64,000 nucleotides of DNA from Pseudovirgaria hyperparasitica (taxonomy: Eukaryota), in the NCBI GenBank assembly GCA_010093815.1, contig ML996569.1. One strand, written 5' to 3'. Under the pieces are notes generated by a model that worked only from the letters and a program-made list of their open reading frames with translations, was not told the origin of the DNA and ran no database searches. This document shows positions 12,601-25,737 of this stretch, one piece after another. Made by a program: the position numbers and the translations under genes. Position 1 is the first letter of the stretch. Each line of letters starts with the position of its first letter.

Positions 12601-15600
12601 GTTCAGCAACTACCGATGATGATCCGCGAACGGGCACGGTCCAGCCACCGGCAATACAAATGCGCTCGATCGTCCCTCTTCCTGTGTACTTTCTCCATAG
12701 AGCCTTGGTCTAGACGCCAAGGTCCTTTGGGGACGCGTAGGTTTGTCAAATGACTCCTTTGAGGGTCTAATGACGGAGTTCATTGCGGGATTCCTGTTTT
12801 TTGTTTTTGCTGTTTTATTGCCGACTCTTCTCCTTTGACTGGAACGCGTCGTTGAACTTGTGCGAGCAAGGGAGACATCCGTGATGTGACTTTCTGTCAG
12901 GAGTGCTTATTGCAGATGTCGTAGATAGAAAAAGCTTACTCGCAAATGAGCGCCTCCATTCAATGAGCTGTCTCATATATAGCAAAGCTGATATCATTCC
13001 GTATTCATGCCAGAATGTTGCTATCGTTATATTGTGATAATATGGTGATCCCTGGTGTTGATTTCCATGTGGCGAGAATTCCTGCATACCACTGAGCTCC
13101 CACGGCCAGGTTCGAGGTCAACGCAACGGAGACATATTGTCCAGAATCTACGCGCAACAACTCAATCACAACGCAGTCGACCTGCCTGCAACTTCTTCTC
13201 AAGCTGGCAAGATTCAACGCCTTTTTACGCGAACGTAAAGTATACGCGACGACTGCGACAACACTCGCGCTTGAGAACGACAGCTCAATCACAGCAGGCA
13301 ATTTACATCCAACTCGATCATTTCCACAATCTTCCCGATCGTCCAGGTCGCCAGGAATCCAGTCCATTGTCTTAGGTACGGCAGGTCTCCGCACATTCAG
13401 GGCTGTCTCGAGGCTCTGTGCCCACAGCTGCTCCTACCACTTGCAATGTACTGACATAACCCGGAAGCAGGAGCAACATTGCATTCGATATACAGCGACT
13501 CCGAAACGCACTCCCTCTCTCCCTTACGACGATTTTACACTGCAGCCGCTTGGAAGATAGAGACGGCGACATTTGGAGGCATACATATTCAGGTCTGTCC
13601 CTTATCTCACGTACGGAGCATCAGCGGACAGCACCAGGCACGACGATCAACACGGTCACCTTGGCAGATTGGCGATCATGGGACGGAAAGCTCCTCACGT
13701 TGCGCATACTTGCAGACGAGAGTGACTTTAGTGAGCTCCTGGGAGGACAAGGAGGCGGGCGATATGGTGAAATGGAAAACAGAATGAGTCTTCAAGTTCC
13801 AGGAACTTTGTCTTACGGTACGATCTCTGGCAAAGGGAGTGATGCTCTGTGGGCTGCTCTCTGAGCAATATTTCCAGCACGCCCGTAGCTTCAAGCAGAA
13901 GTCCAGATTCGGAGTGCAATGTGGGCTGTCCATAATCCTCTCGTGAACTTGCAAGGTGTCTGTCCATGCTCAACTTACGAGAATTGTAACATGTCCATAA
14001 TCCCCTTACGAGGTTTCTAAGCTCTATTGCCCGGCGTATTGCCCGATTTCCGAATTCTCAGCTCGTTGACTCGGCCAGAGATATCCTGGTGTTTCGCCCC
14101 CACGATCGTAAGAATCGCCTGATCCAGTTCCAGTGTCCACGGTATCCGCATAGATCTATTCCAGGGGCATCCGGACAGACTCCTACGACTGGGAATTCCA
14201 GGTCTACCCGTCTCGCTGCCTATCACGCTTTACTTTAGCCTACATTGCTCAACGTGGCCCGAGATCTTGCGTTTGTCAGGATTCTAAGCAGACTTTTTCG
14301 CCTCAACGAACAGAGCTTCCGATCGTGTCTCCATTTCAACGCCCAGGGGATGATTATATGAGAGCGAAATCTAGGAGCCTCATCTTCTGAGTCATCTGGT
14401 AGTCCTCACGATCATCAACCGCAAAGCAACTACGACGGCTATGATCATAAGTTGGACACTAGCAGAACCTCTCAAAAGGTGGAAACTGGTCAAGGATAGT
14501 CGTATAGTAGAAGAAAATGCCAGCCCAGCCGTAGCATCGCCTTGAAGTCCCAGCTCATTTCCACTTCTCCCTGCCCTTCACTGAGAGCAAAAGAAGCGGG
14601 CCCATTTTGAGACTGTGTTGTCATGCTGTTGGCTCATGGGATCTGGTTGCGAGAATTCCATTTCTCGCCTATTATAGTAGTCATACATGAGAGGAAAAAC
14701 TCGGTGCAGGCGAAAACACACTAGAACCCATGTCAAGAGCAAAACGAGGTGTCCAGGCACAGAGTCGACCTTGGCCCTTCTCAAAAACTAACCAAAAAAC
14801 TTAGTGCAGGGGCCACGCGAATCATTTTCTTCACATGGCATCACATGGCCCCTGCACTAAGTCGAAGAACGTGTAGCTTGTTCAACATATACGTAATTAT
14901 TGGCGTTATTTTGTATACGTGTCCGCGCCGTGAGAGAAAGGCACTTGCAACAAGGCTTGATCACCACGAGCGAGTAGAACGGCGGCTTTTGCGCTGCAAT
15001 TTCTGCAGCGGTGACGCTTCCAGTAATTGTACCTATCGTGACGAGCAAGAATGGCTGCTCGTCGTACTGGTTGGCTGCACACAGGCTCACTCGAAATAGA
15101 ATTTGCCATCTTGAGCCCGACGCACGATTTCCACTTTCTCATGATAGGAGTGTCCAGAACTGCTTGTTTCTAATACAAAAGTTTTACCTCATGCGGTTGT
15201 ATTAGTCGTACTCGTGCGTGAAAGTGCATTAGGCAGAAATGACTACGCGTGTATAACAACATTACGACTCATCGTTACTATTTCTGGTTGTTCCATGGGC
15301 GAGATATGTTGAATAGATCTCGTAGTGTCCTGGCTTAGGATATGGCAAAAAATACAGCCTCGACAGCGCAAGGCTGCTTCGCTGAACAAGTCGAGTGATA
15401 TCAAGTGCAGCAAGTATAATCTTCCTCAAGAACAATGTAGCCTATTACTTAAAGGTGTGGAGGCAGGTTTCAGACTGCTTATACCTGAGGTGGCTATAAA
15501 GCATGTCATTTGTTGAGGATGAAATGCTTGCTATGCTCGCTTCGTCCCCAGCTTGGCGATGCAGAATGGGAATCACTCGGTGTAAGCCTCTGAGGTCGAG

Positions 15601-17532
15601 GAGTCAGAGTTCTGGCGCACACGATCATCCTGGGATACTAATAGATATGATGTCCTTCTGACTCGGTGTTCCGAGCTCCTAGAAGAAAAGATAATCAAAA
15701 GGAAGCTACGGTAGCAGCTATCGCACCGGCAGTGCTGTATGCTGACCAGGCTCATATAAGTCCAAAAGAAGGGAACCTTTGCTGAGTCGAACCCGCACCA
15801 GAACATGACCAAAAAATAAGCTATTCTCTTTGGTATAGTATGTCATCCTTAGTGCAGGGGGCATGCTAATCTTCTCTGTATCGTTTCAAATTGTCCAAAT
15901 GTCCGAAGACGAAGTATATCCAGCTTTCGTGAATTATAAATGGTCCTCTTGACCATCCAGCGATATCCAGGCATCTGATTGGACCGCCATAGGGTGCCAC
16001 ACAGTGTCACATGCGCACGGGCGCTAACGAGCTGGCTGGGGTCTTCGATGTCATCGCCGCGCTGTCTGTTGTATTTTGCAACGACTGGATGAGGCTCACA
16101 TTGACTCATATGACCCAACAGCAAAGCCAGGCTGCATCTCGATGTCTAGATGCGTTCTGGTAAAGAGTACAGATTCCTAGCCACACGTAAGACGAAATAG
16201 ACCACGACAGATCAAGAAAGGCTTCTGTGCCTCGAAACACCATTGAAGCCGTTCTTGGCCTTTCGTCAAAGTCGATCTCTGGTCCCACCAAGCTGCACCA
16301 ACGGCATTCGAAGACATGACGAACAGGTACAAGGTGTCGACCTTCGCACCCATCCATGTACGACTAGCAAGCTGACTTTGCCTGCCAATTATAGAACGAG
16401 CCGGTGTGATTGTAGAGAGAAATCGCCACGGAAATCATACAGCGCTGAGTTGTTTGGGACGCTCTCGCATTCGTGTTATACTCTGGGCGCGCTGCAATCA
16501 ATGTCCTGCTCCAGCGAAGAGGACCTTGACCTGTCCAAACGACTAAAATATGGCGCTGGCCACCAGCGTAGGCCTTTATCTCGGGTACAAGGTTGCACAA
16601 CAGGAGGATTTCTCGAAGAATCTCAAACACATACGGGAGATCATGGTGCCTATGTCTTAATTCGACCATGCATGGTCGTGTGCACTACAAGTAGTCCTGT
16701 TTAGAGAACAGGTCTCTTGTATAATGATTCTACAGTGTGATTACTCGCCAGGCTGATGTTTTTAGACAGCTCAGTCGGATGGCCATCGGTGCAGAACTGT
16801 TGCGTTGGCATCATGATACCGTTGATCGAGATTGATCATGCTGTTTCAATATTGCTTGACAGCCCAAGAGTTCGGATAGCGGCTCCAGGTCTTCCAAAAT
16901 GAGTGCTTGTAGTATCATCAATGTAGCCATATGATTATAGTTCAAGTCTTGGTTTACACCAGACCTTTATAGTTGCGTGGGCTCAAAATCGCTGCTCGAA
17001 ATTGCCATTGGTCCTGAGAAACCACTCAAATCTTCCTGGAATATGCGTGCTGAAGCTGAATCACTCAAAATACCCACCATCTCGATTTGAAGGTGAGATT
17101 CGGGGAATTGTGATTCGGGCTGAAAAGGAGAAATGATTGATGAAACCTGGAATCGAACCGGGTCTTACTCGAGTCTTTTCGCAAATAAGTGGGTCGGTCA
17201 CCGGCTAAACGATCCGAGAGTGTCTGCATTGCTGCGCATTGACCTGCATTGGAGCTCCCATCTGTGCTGGGTGGTCGTTCCCAAACTTTCCCCGGCTGCA
17301 TTTCCTCCATATTGATGCCTTAAAAACTGCCCAGCCACAGGGGACGTGCACCTCGTCCATGGTAGGAGCTTAGCGTGAGTTCGTATTTCGCGCCCACCAT
17401 AAAGTAGATAGCAGACTAAGCGTCCTGTCGCGAACTATCTCTTCAGCTGCCCAATAACTTCCGGAACATCTACCCTCTCAGAAGCAGCTGCGAGGACATG
17501 GAATCACACATCCAGCGAGAGGCCTCAAGAAA

Positions 17533-17919
17533 ATGCGAGACTTTCTGAAGGGACGTGAATATCTCATCGGCGTCATCGCCATCATTGCCAGCTGCTTAGG
17601 AGCAGCCTTGTTGTACTGGTGGTCCAAGCGACTGTCCATCTCAGCGCCAGCGCCCAGGCACAACGTATTCAGGGCAGAAGGAGGCCCCGATGAGGATATC
17701 GAACTGGCTGTCTTGGAGAGCAGTGCCGCAGCGGTGGACACAAGTCAGCAGGCAAGTTCTACCCTGACACAAACCCACAAGTATGGTTCGACGGAAATGC
17801 CTTCGAATACAGTGATTTCGACAATCTCTTTCCAGCCTGCAGCCATGGCTGCGAGATATTCAAAAGCCAAAGACCAAGCTATGCTGTCTCGATGCTTGCC
17901 ATTGGGGGACATTCGATAG
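17533..17919 (+). CDS. Hypothetical single-pass membrane protein
   Basis: One TM-like segment (YLIGVIAIIASCLGAALLYWW) followed by basic residues and an acidic/Ser-Thr-rich tail. Confidence 0.35.
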   Translation: MRDFLKGREYLIGVIAIIASCLGAALLYWWSKRLSISAPAPRHNVFRAEGGPDEDIELAVLESSAAAVDTSQQASSTLTQTHKYGSTEMPSNTVISTISFQPAAMAARYSKAKDQAMLSRCLPLGDIR

Positions 17920-19385
17920 TCTGGTAAGCAGCTAGGCTACCTGCTCGTCGCCAGCCCCGGGCCAGCAACCAACGTCGCGATAGGTTGACAGTCACGGTAC
18001 CATCGCCAGTAGCAGCTTGAGTCACTTGTCTAGACCCTCATTCGTTGAGGATTGGTACGAGGAGGGAGACTTATGCGGATCAATTAGGCCAGGAAGCACT
18101 GTTTCAACGCACGTCGCTAACGTCGTGTTAGCTTTGATCCGGTTTCTCAAACATTTCTTTCCAAGCTCTTCCTATTCACTCCGGTGCCATCCAGTCCGGC
18201 AAGAAAATCAACGCATCCAGGGTGTCGAGAGTATCCGAATCCTGGTCCAGTCCGGGAATAATCCAGTAAGTATATTCTCCTATGTGGCTGTACGAAGTTC
18301 TTCGGTCATTCGCAGAACGGTGTGTTATGGGCGATCTTTCCGAATGGCCGCATCATATCTCATGAAGCGGAGATGCCACAAGATACGACACTATCTCGAC
18401 CTCAACATGCATCCCCAGCTCTTTCTCGAACACCTTCAGCCATATCGTAACATATTACGGGAGTGTGACGGAATTTCTAGGAGCAAAGACCAGAAGGTCA
18501 TCAGACAGTAGAGGTGTCGAATTTGAAGACTCACGCCGGGCCAACAGTCCATAGATCTTAGATGCCGACTGTCATACGAACAGATAACCTTAACATCGAA
18601 AAAGCGAGGCATGATAATAGCGCCACAAGCGGTACATCGAAACATCGTAATCTCTGGCGGTCGGGCGTTCCCATCAATACGAGCCACGTGATAATTACAA
18701 TCAGGAGCATGAAAGTGGAAAGCGTAAGAGCGAAGTCCACACTCATATCAGAAGTGCGTTATTGCAAGACTCCGTCGCCGAGTTCCGGCTGGAGGAAGAC
18801 ATTGTACTGCAGTAGTGTGCTGCAGCGGGATCAAAGCGAGAGTAACAGTGGTGATGCAATAACGCACCACTAGACTCGAGGCGAATGTAACAATCAGTGG
18901 GTATTATAGATATGAAGGATCACAATCGAACGATGACGTCCCTTTACTAAGAGACGACACGCCAGGGGGCACTGGGTGTATGCTCGTCACAATGCCACAG
19001 TACAGTGCTGGACCGCGACAGCGTGTTCAGGCTATATTGGGTCGTTTGCGAACGGATACACAATGTGCGAGAAGAACATACCATATGATGTTAGCGAAGC
19101 ATCAATATGAGGGGCGAATTGAACTTATACCTAGAACGGCACTGAGCCTGGAGGCGCATGGTGAAGGCGACCCGGCCTCTGTGGCCAGAAAACATTCATT
19201 CTGAGTATCGATCGAGTGTATTTGGCGAGAGAAAAGACTCCCGCACCTACAAAAGCATGGTCAACCATACGAAGATGATGCCTGCCTTGAATATTGGAGA
19301 AACAACAACGCATCGAGAGTATAGTAGCATTGGTAATGCAGGAAAGAAGACTTATATTCTGATGAAGAAGCAATGACTACTGCTC

Positions 19386-20594
19386 TCATACCGCAAGAGA
19401 AGCTGTCAGCCAGTGTCCAATGGTACCAGATGCACTTTTAGACATCTGAAGCTTCTGCCGCAGCTCAGTCAATTTGACACGCGGAATGGTAGCTGCCTCA
19501 CGGAGAAGTTCCTGAGAGTTGGAGTGTACATCTATATCTAAAATGGTACCATGCTTAACCGACACGGTAACTTGATGGGGCATAGCGCGCGGATTAAGGG
19601 CTACACTCTCTGGAACTGTAGAAAGCGTGAATTGGGGCGTTTGGCAATATGTCCAGTCCGGTGTTCGAAGTTCATCGTAGCCCTTCCGCACGTCAGACAA
19701 ATGCAATTGTTCTTTGCCAATCTGAACATGCTCGAGTCGATCTGCGCCGTACATCTCTGCAAACTGCTGTTGGACCATAGCCGCGAAAATGTCCGTTGAG
19801 AGACCGATATTGGTCACTGGCGAGCTCACGCTTTCTACACCACGAGTCTTGATATATGGTTTTACTGGTGAGCGGAGATATCGGGGGATGGCATGCAAAT
19901 TTGGCGATTGCAGCAAACAGGTGCCATGATGCAACGCCCGCAGCCGTGTCAGCTTGTACGCTGATCCTGAGACTTTCAACGGCCTAGAAAATGCTTGAGA
20001 GGCATGCGAATAAGGCGTAGTATGCAGATCGGACGGATCTGATTGATATCCGCTCGATGTCTCCCTTGCTCCTTGGTCAAGTACGATGTCATGACGTTCA
20101 TTGACCCTGGCACGTTCGATACCTTGCTTTCGGAGCGCTCTTACAACCATTTCAGCGTGTCTGTCTCGGGTGAAGCTTGATGGGGGACATATCACTGTCC
20201 AGTTGACGTTCCCTTCGTCATGAAAGACAGTACCCCCGCCGGATCGCCTTCTCACGAGATCGACGTTACCGATATTTGGCGCATCCGTCTCTTCTGGATG
20301 GCCGGCGCGACTATCTTGTAACATGCCAAGGTTGACTTCATACCAAGGATTCTGATTTCGACCGATGACAATGCATGGCCGGTTGATGTAGAGAAAAAGG
20401 ATGGTCGTGTCGGGATGCGACGTTTGCAGTAGATGATGTTCAATGGACAAGTTGAGGTATGGATCAGTCGACGTCGATCGATATGACTGTATGGGGTGCT
20501 TTATATCACCAAGTCTTTCGCTGAGGCACGCATAACGTCGTCGGAAGACTCGCTGGAAGATGTTCGACGCTTTATGGATGGCTCGTCGCGCCAT
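19386..20594 (-). CDS. Mitochondrial lipoate-protein ligase A-like protein (yeast Aim22/Lip3 family)
   Basis: Motifs DPYLNLSIE, PCIVIGRNQNPWYEVN, VRRRSGGGTVFHDEGNVN, KVSGSAYK, HHGTCL and TRGVESV. The Arg-rich N-terminus from the ATG at 20594 resembles a mitochondrial presequence. No introns. Confidence 0.93.
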   Translation of the reverse strand: MARRAIHKASNIFQRVFRRRYACLSERLGDIKHPIQSYRSTSTDPYLNLSIEHHLLQTSHPDTTILFLYINRPCIVIGRNQNPWYEVNLGMLQDSRAGHPEETDAPNIGNVDLVRRRSGGGTVFHDEGNVNWTVICPPSSFTRDRHAEMVVRALRKQGIERARVNERHDIVLDQGARETSSGYQSDPSDLHTTPYSHASQAFSRPLKVSGSAYKLTRLRALHHGTCLLQSPNLHAIPRYLRSPVKPYIKTRGVESVSSPVTNIGLSTDIFAAMVQQQFAEMYGADRLEHVQIGKEQLHLSDVRKGYDELRTPDWTYCQTPQFTLSTVPESVALNPRAMPHQVTVSVKHGTILDIDVHSNSQELLREAATIPRVKLTELRQKLQMSKSASGTIGHWLTASLAV

Positions 20595-23500
20595 GAATGA
20601 TGGGAGAATGCTGATGCGGTGGTCCCTGCAGAAGTCGTTAGCTAGTCCGTAACGCGCGCTTTCCCTGATCCGTTCCAATCAGTCTTCGTTGCAGAGCTTA
20701 ACGACACCTCATCCCACGCAGTGCATGCACAGCGTAGAAGGCATCTGATGGCACTAGCCTATTTACAAGACTCTTCCGATACTATCATGCTTGGACTTGG
20801 CGTTGACAAAGGTATCTCGGCTCTGGCTTTGCTAGTCTTCGCATGCCGAAGGCAACTTCTCGTGTATTCAATGCAGTGTGCACGAGGCGAAGATCTTCGA
20901 TGGGCCTATACATTGTATAGAATCTTTCAATGCCCGACATTGAAGGTGTTCGGCTTTCGTAGTGCTTAGTATCGCATTCTCATCGTCAGGTTCTTTCAAC
21001 TTGTCCTCTGGTTAAAACACGGCTTTTAGAAGGCGTCGAAGATGCATTGAAGTTGAAAGAGGCTACGCCTGGTTGTCGTGCCCACACGATCCGACTGACG
21101 CAAGGGGTTGAAGTCGCTTGCTGTCATGTTGTAGATCTGTGGTCCCCGTGTCGATTGGTGGTGGTGGTGATGGCCATCAAGTGCATACTCGGTATCGTGA
21201 TTGGTCTTAGAAAGAGCTCAGAGAGTATTGTTTGTTGCATTTTAGGCAGTCAACATCATCGGCGCGGTACGGGAAGATAAAAGCTACTAACGTTCGGGAC
21301 CACGCAGGCTATGGTTTCCAACTCTGCCGCTGTTATTGTTGGTGTCGATGGATGCTGGTTTGGTAGGTTGCCAATGCTGAAGATCTGCTCTACCAATTAA
21401 AGCTCGAGCCCGTGGGACCGTTAGTGAGGATGTTCGGTGAGAGTCGAAATTTGGATGTGTCTCTGTTGATCCTTGCCGAATTCAACTTGAGGGTGCGTTG
21501 ATGAAGATGAAGGTCAACCTTTGGTTGAAAGATGGTGGATATCTGGCTCAGGGATTGTGAGGTAAGGGTCCCAAGCTGTAAAGCTGCAGGATACTAACGT
21601 TTTGAACAGACAGGAAGCAGTCTCTCCTGGATGTCCAATCAAAGAAGACCTTGTTGAGGTTTCAATCGGAGCAACTACCGCGAGACCTTGTCTGTGATGA
21701 TGATGTTCTGTTGAAGTTCTGTAAGATGGACACGGGTCGTTGAAAACGCGGTCTCTCTGAACTTCAGATCGTTGCCTTGATCTTTCCAATGGCGTTGATG
21801 GTAAATCTGTAACGCGAAGGGTGGTATCATGAAGAAATTTTGGGCTCATACATGCAGATGATAGTAAGACAGATGTGATTGCTCTGTGGGAAATGTAAGC
21901 GCTATGAAGCTATACACCTTTCATTTGCACACCCGCCGACGTTGATATGGATGACCTAAGCGACGCACACGGTAGTCATCAAAAGGTTCGAAAATTTGCT
22001 ACTCCCTAGCTTCCCTCCCTTTCAGTTCTTCTCCAACAGGTCCTTTCATCACACAACAAAGGAATTACCATCTACAGTGTCGTATCAAAGCCCTATCGCA
22101 TCAATAATGCTACCTTCCATCTTCTCTTCATCTTCTCCACATTCATCCTGCACATTCCCCCTTCCCCCCTTTCTCCGCTACAATGCAGTCAATCTTCGTA
22201 AGACGCAAGTTCAACGCCAGTCCTATCTTCACTGCAACACTATCACACCTATCATGCCTTTCTCCTGGACCTTGATAGGTAAGTCTCCATTAACATCTTA
22301 CTACAGTGCGATTTTCCACTCTGTTAAGAGGTCCCATCGATCGGTCGTTTGGCTGAAGCGTCTGTTGCTTCAGTTTGAGTCATTTCTGAATAGCGGCCAG
22401 AAACATTTATCAACTACTAATCAGGAACAACACAAAACATTGTTATGGTTTCCATCTCAAAGGCACCATACATTCACACTGCTTGCTGCTCGATATCAGC
22501 TTTGAGTAGAGACTGGCTGACGGCTGACACTTCAAGTGAGTAAACATCCACAATCATCCAAACCCAAAAATCATAGGTGATGAAACCTTGAAATCGGAGA
22601 TCTTGTAGATCCCTGACCGCAGAAGAGTGACGCTGGCCCTACACAATATATTAACGCGTCCCACTGCGATAATCACTCCAGTCTGACTTGACATCCCTTC
22701 CGCTGCTCCACTTATGACCTACCAACGTAGAGATACTGACATGCCACATCTTTCAAATAGGACTTTGAGTCTAAGACTACCCCCTCGGTAATGACAAGCT
22801 TGACTATCCTTCAACTCGCTGTTGGAGAATGACGACAAAACACTGTATCTCTAGGTAAATCCTGAAGGTCACTCGCCAAGAAAATTTTCTATGAGAACTG
22901 TAAGCCTTTCTTAATACCCCCAATGGTTCTTTGGTTATGGAATGCTCTGTCATAGTCTGCTATATACGCGTCTCCAGCAATTGGCTTCGTATTACACGTC
23001 CGTAAAATACTTCGCTGATCATTCAACTTCAGTACCACGGATTCGGCCCTCTTCTACATTTCGATGTGAAATGCGATGTTCAACAACGTGTGAGCTCTTC
23101 TACATGCTCAGAGGGGCTCATTAAAGCAAAAGTTTCCCAGACCCATTGGTATATGACGAGCTCAGAAAGAAAGAATTGAAGCTTCTTAGACACAGTCTCA
23201 CACTTTTGGTAAGTCCATCACATCCAGCAAAGTCGTTCACCCACCAGCACATTATTTTACACAATCACCATTGCTTGACTCATACTCCTTGACGGCAATG
23301 GATCGAAACCGACGGGCTTTTATATCTCGCTCTGGTCTCGATACAAGGCCAAGATTGATGAGATCTCTTGCCGTTGGACTTATTTTCCGATTCTGGGGTT
23401 CCAGGGTCGAGTTGCTCACTGTTCTTTTCAAGATGCCTATCATTCGGCATTTAAACACATCACAAGAGATTGATGCCGCCAGTTACCCGGTGCTGAAATG

Positions 23501-25737
23501 CGCCCGGGGTTGGGGCATCATACATTCAGCGATGTACCGTCGCTTTTCTCCGTTACATTACTATCCTGCATCATTTTGGTGTGCGGAATTTGATTTGTTC
23601 TACTGACATTGCATTCAGACAATCTTAGGGATGCAAATTGCCAGTATACCGTCTTTCAGGATGAGCTTCACGGTATCAGGCAGTCCTTAGAATGTGGTTC
23701 ATGGTTCCATTCTGTCTCTGAGTCTTCTCTAACTGTACCCCACTCTCCAGCTTCATTCTCATACTCAAGGTTACACTGGCAGCTTACCAAGGGATTCATA
23801 TCCCAAACCAAAAGACGTAGATGTAGGATTCAATCAGTCGGTCCAGCTGCCTCACTTTCATCTCTAGCTAACACTCAATTTGTGTAGATTTCGTGGACAG
23901 TTGTCAAAAACAACGCTCTCTTCCTTCTCTTAGCTAGGATGCTCTTCTACATGAGGATTTCAGATACGCCACTTATACTTACCCAAAAATCTTGGAAAGC
24001 GAACAGTAAACTTTAGCTAGGGAATACTGCAGAGATTCAAGCATCGTCTGGAGCTCGACCTATAACTGTGTAAGTTATGCTAATAAACGTTGACCGCGGT
24101 AGTCCTTCTAGGATACATATAAAGGTAGTTAACGGAAGATCAGGTAATTCCATATATCCTCGAAGTCCCTAGAACTATCTTCGTATGTTCAGTCCACGGC
24201 AATACCCCTCTCAATCTTACCTCGACTCTTGGTGAATGCACTCGCTAAATTATAACCAAGTATTATACGTATATTGCCAAGTACCAGCATACATACCAAC
24301 CACCGACGTATATATCCAACATTAAAGGTCTGGTATGCTTCCAGACTCAGACTGGCTACGACAAGCATTTAGACAATGCTTCTTCTCCACCTTTGCTTGA
24401 CTGCATAGTTGTTCCTCCTTGGGTTTAGTCTAAGTACTCACAACTTCCTTATCGATATCTTCGTGAGTCCTCATATCTCCCTCTGTTCCCCTCCTATTCC
24501 CTCCTTTTCCTCCTGTCACTCTCTCAACGGCCGCCGAAACCAGCCTCAGGACATCCCATACCTGACGCCTGCACAAACCGGCCAAGATCAAACCAGCCAA
24601 CCTCCCACTATTGCAAGATCAGTCCCGTAATACACCAAGAGAGCTTGAGAAGGTTGGTGACGTGACCAAAGAGTCGCACAGCTCTTCGGGATCGTCGGAC
24701 ATTTATGTTCTTCCTATATACTTCCCTTATTACGGCTGGATATCAACACGATCTGGATTATTCGTCTGCTAATATTTTGATAGAATTCGATTTGATTCCA
24801 CTCGGACCTTTCGAGATGATGAAGTTCATACGCTCTATTTGCGTTCGCACTTGATCTGTTTCTCACATCTCCTTTCCTCTCTCTCTTTCTCTTGTATAAA
24901 GCCTATGTTTTCATATCTTAAAATTCCGATCTTTCCATCGCGCATCTCTTTTTTTCTGACATCCAGCTATGTAACACAAGGTCAGTGTCCCGCAACACAA
25001 GTCACAGATGTTACTCTTCCTTTCCGCGACATTCAATCTCAGCGTCTATATCCCTGTGAGTTAGTCAGCTTGTTTCAGTCTTTTCAGTCTCTTAGTCATT
25101 TCAGTCTTTTCAGTCTCTCCATGCATTAAAGGATCTGCACCAGACTCGCGATCATCAAGGCTTTTCATACGCTCCGTCACCCAATTTGACGAACGCCTTG
25201 TTCAGATTGATGTTCTGTTTCGCGTTGCCTATACTACAATATACACTAGTCCATATCTCAGAGGTGCGTGCGTAGAAAGTCTTCGGATTTTTTTCACTTG
25301 GCTTCTTCAGGGCCAGAGTATCGCGTTCGACGGCGGGGCTATGAATAATAGGAGAGAGATCTTGTGGGTTACAAGGCTTGTGCTTAGTGTACGTGAGACG
25401 GTGGTTTCCCGTACGAACAGGCGCTTGTGTGTGTTAAAGAGTAATGAGGTAGTAATACAATGGAACTTGTAAGTCACACCTGCTCCTGCTCGTCAATAAT
25501 TGTATTGATAATAACATTGGGTTTACGCACGCTCAGACATCAACACATTCACGAAAACGCACGAACTCATGAAGCAGCTATCGCATTTCTATTTCCAAGC
25601 CTTCTGGTCGGCCGGAGAAGACCTCGCTAAAATACAGATTCAATTGGTATCAATCACCACACGTACGCCTTTCCGATATGCAGTGACCAATTCGATGCCC
25701 TAGCAGAGAGACGCCGGAACCCGTGTCTGTAGATCAT

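Noticed and set aside
3600..19300. Starship or other giant transposon call
   Set aside because: No tyrosine recombinase captain or terminal repeats could be identified. It is kept only as a hypothesis to test.
25320..25480. Possible polypurine tract plus solo LTR (…GGCGGGGCTA-TG…AATACAA…GTCACA)
   Set aside because: There is no second copy, no target-site duplication and no recognisable gag/pol upstream.
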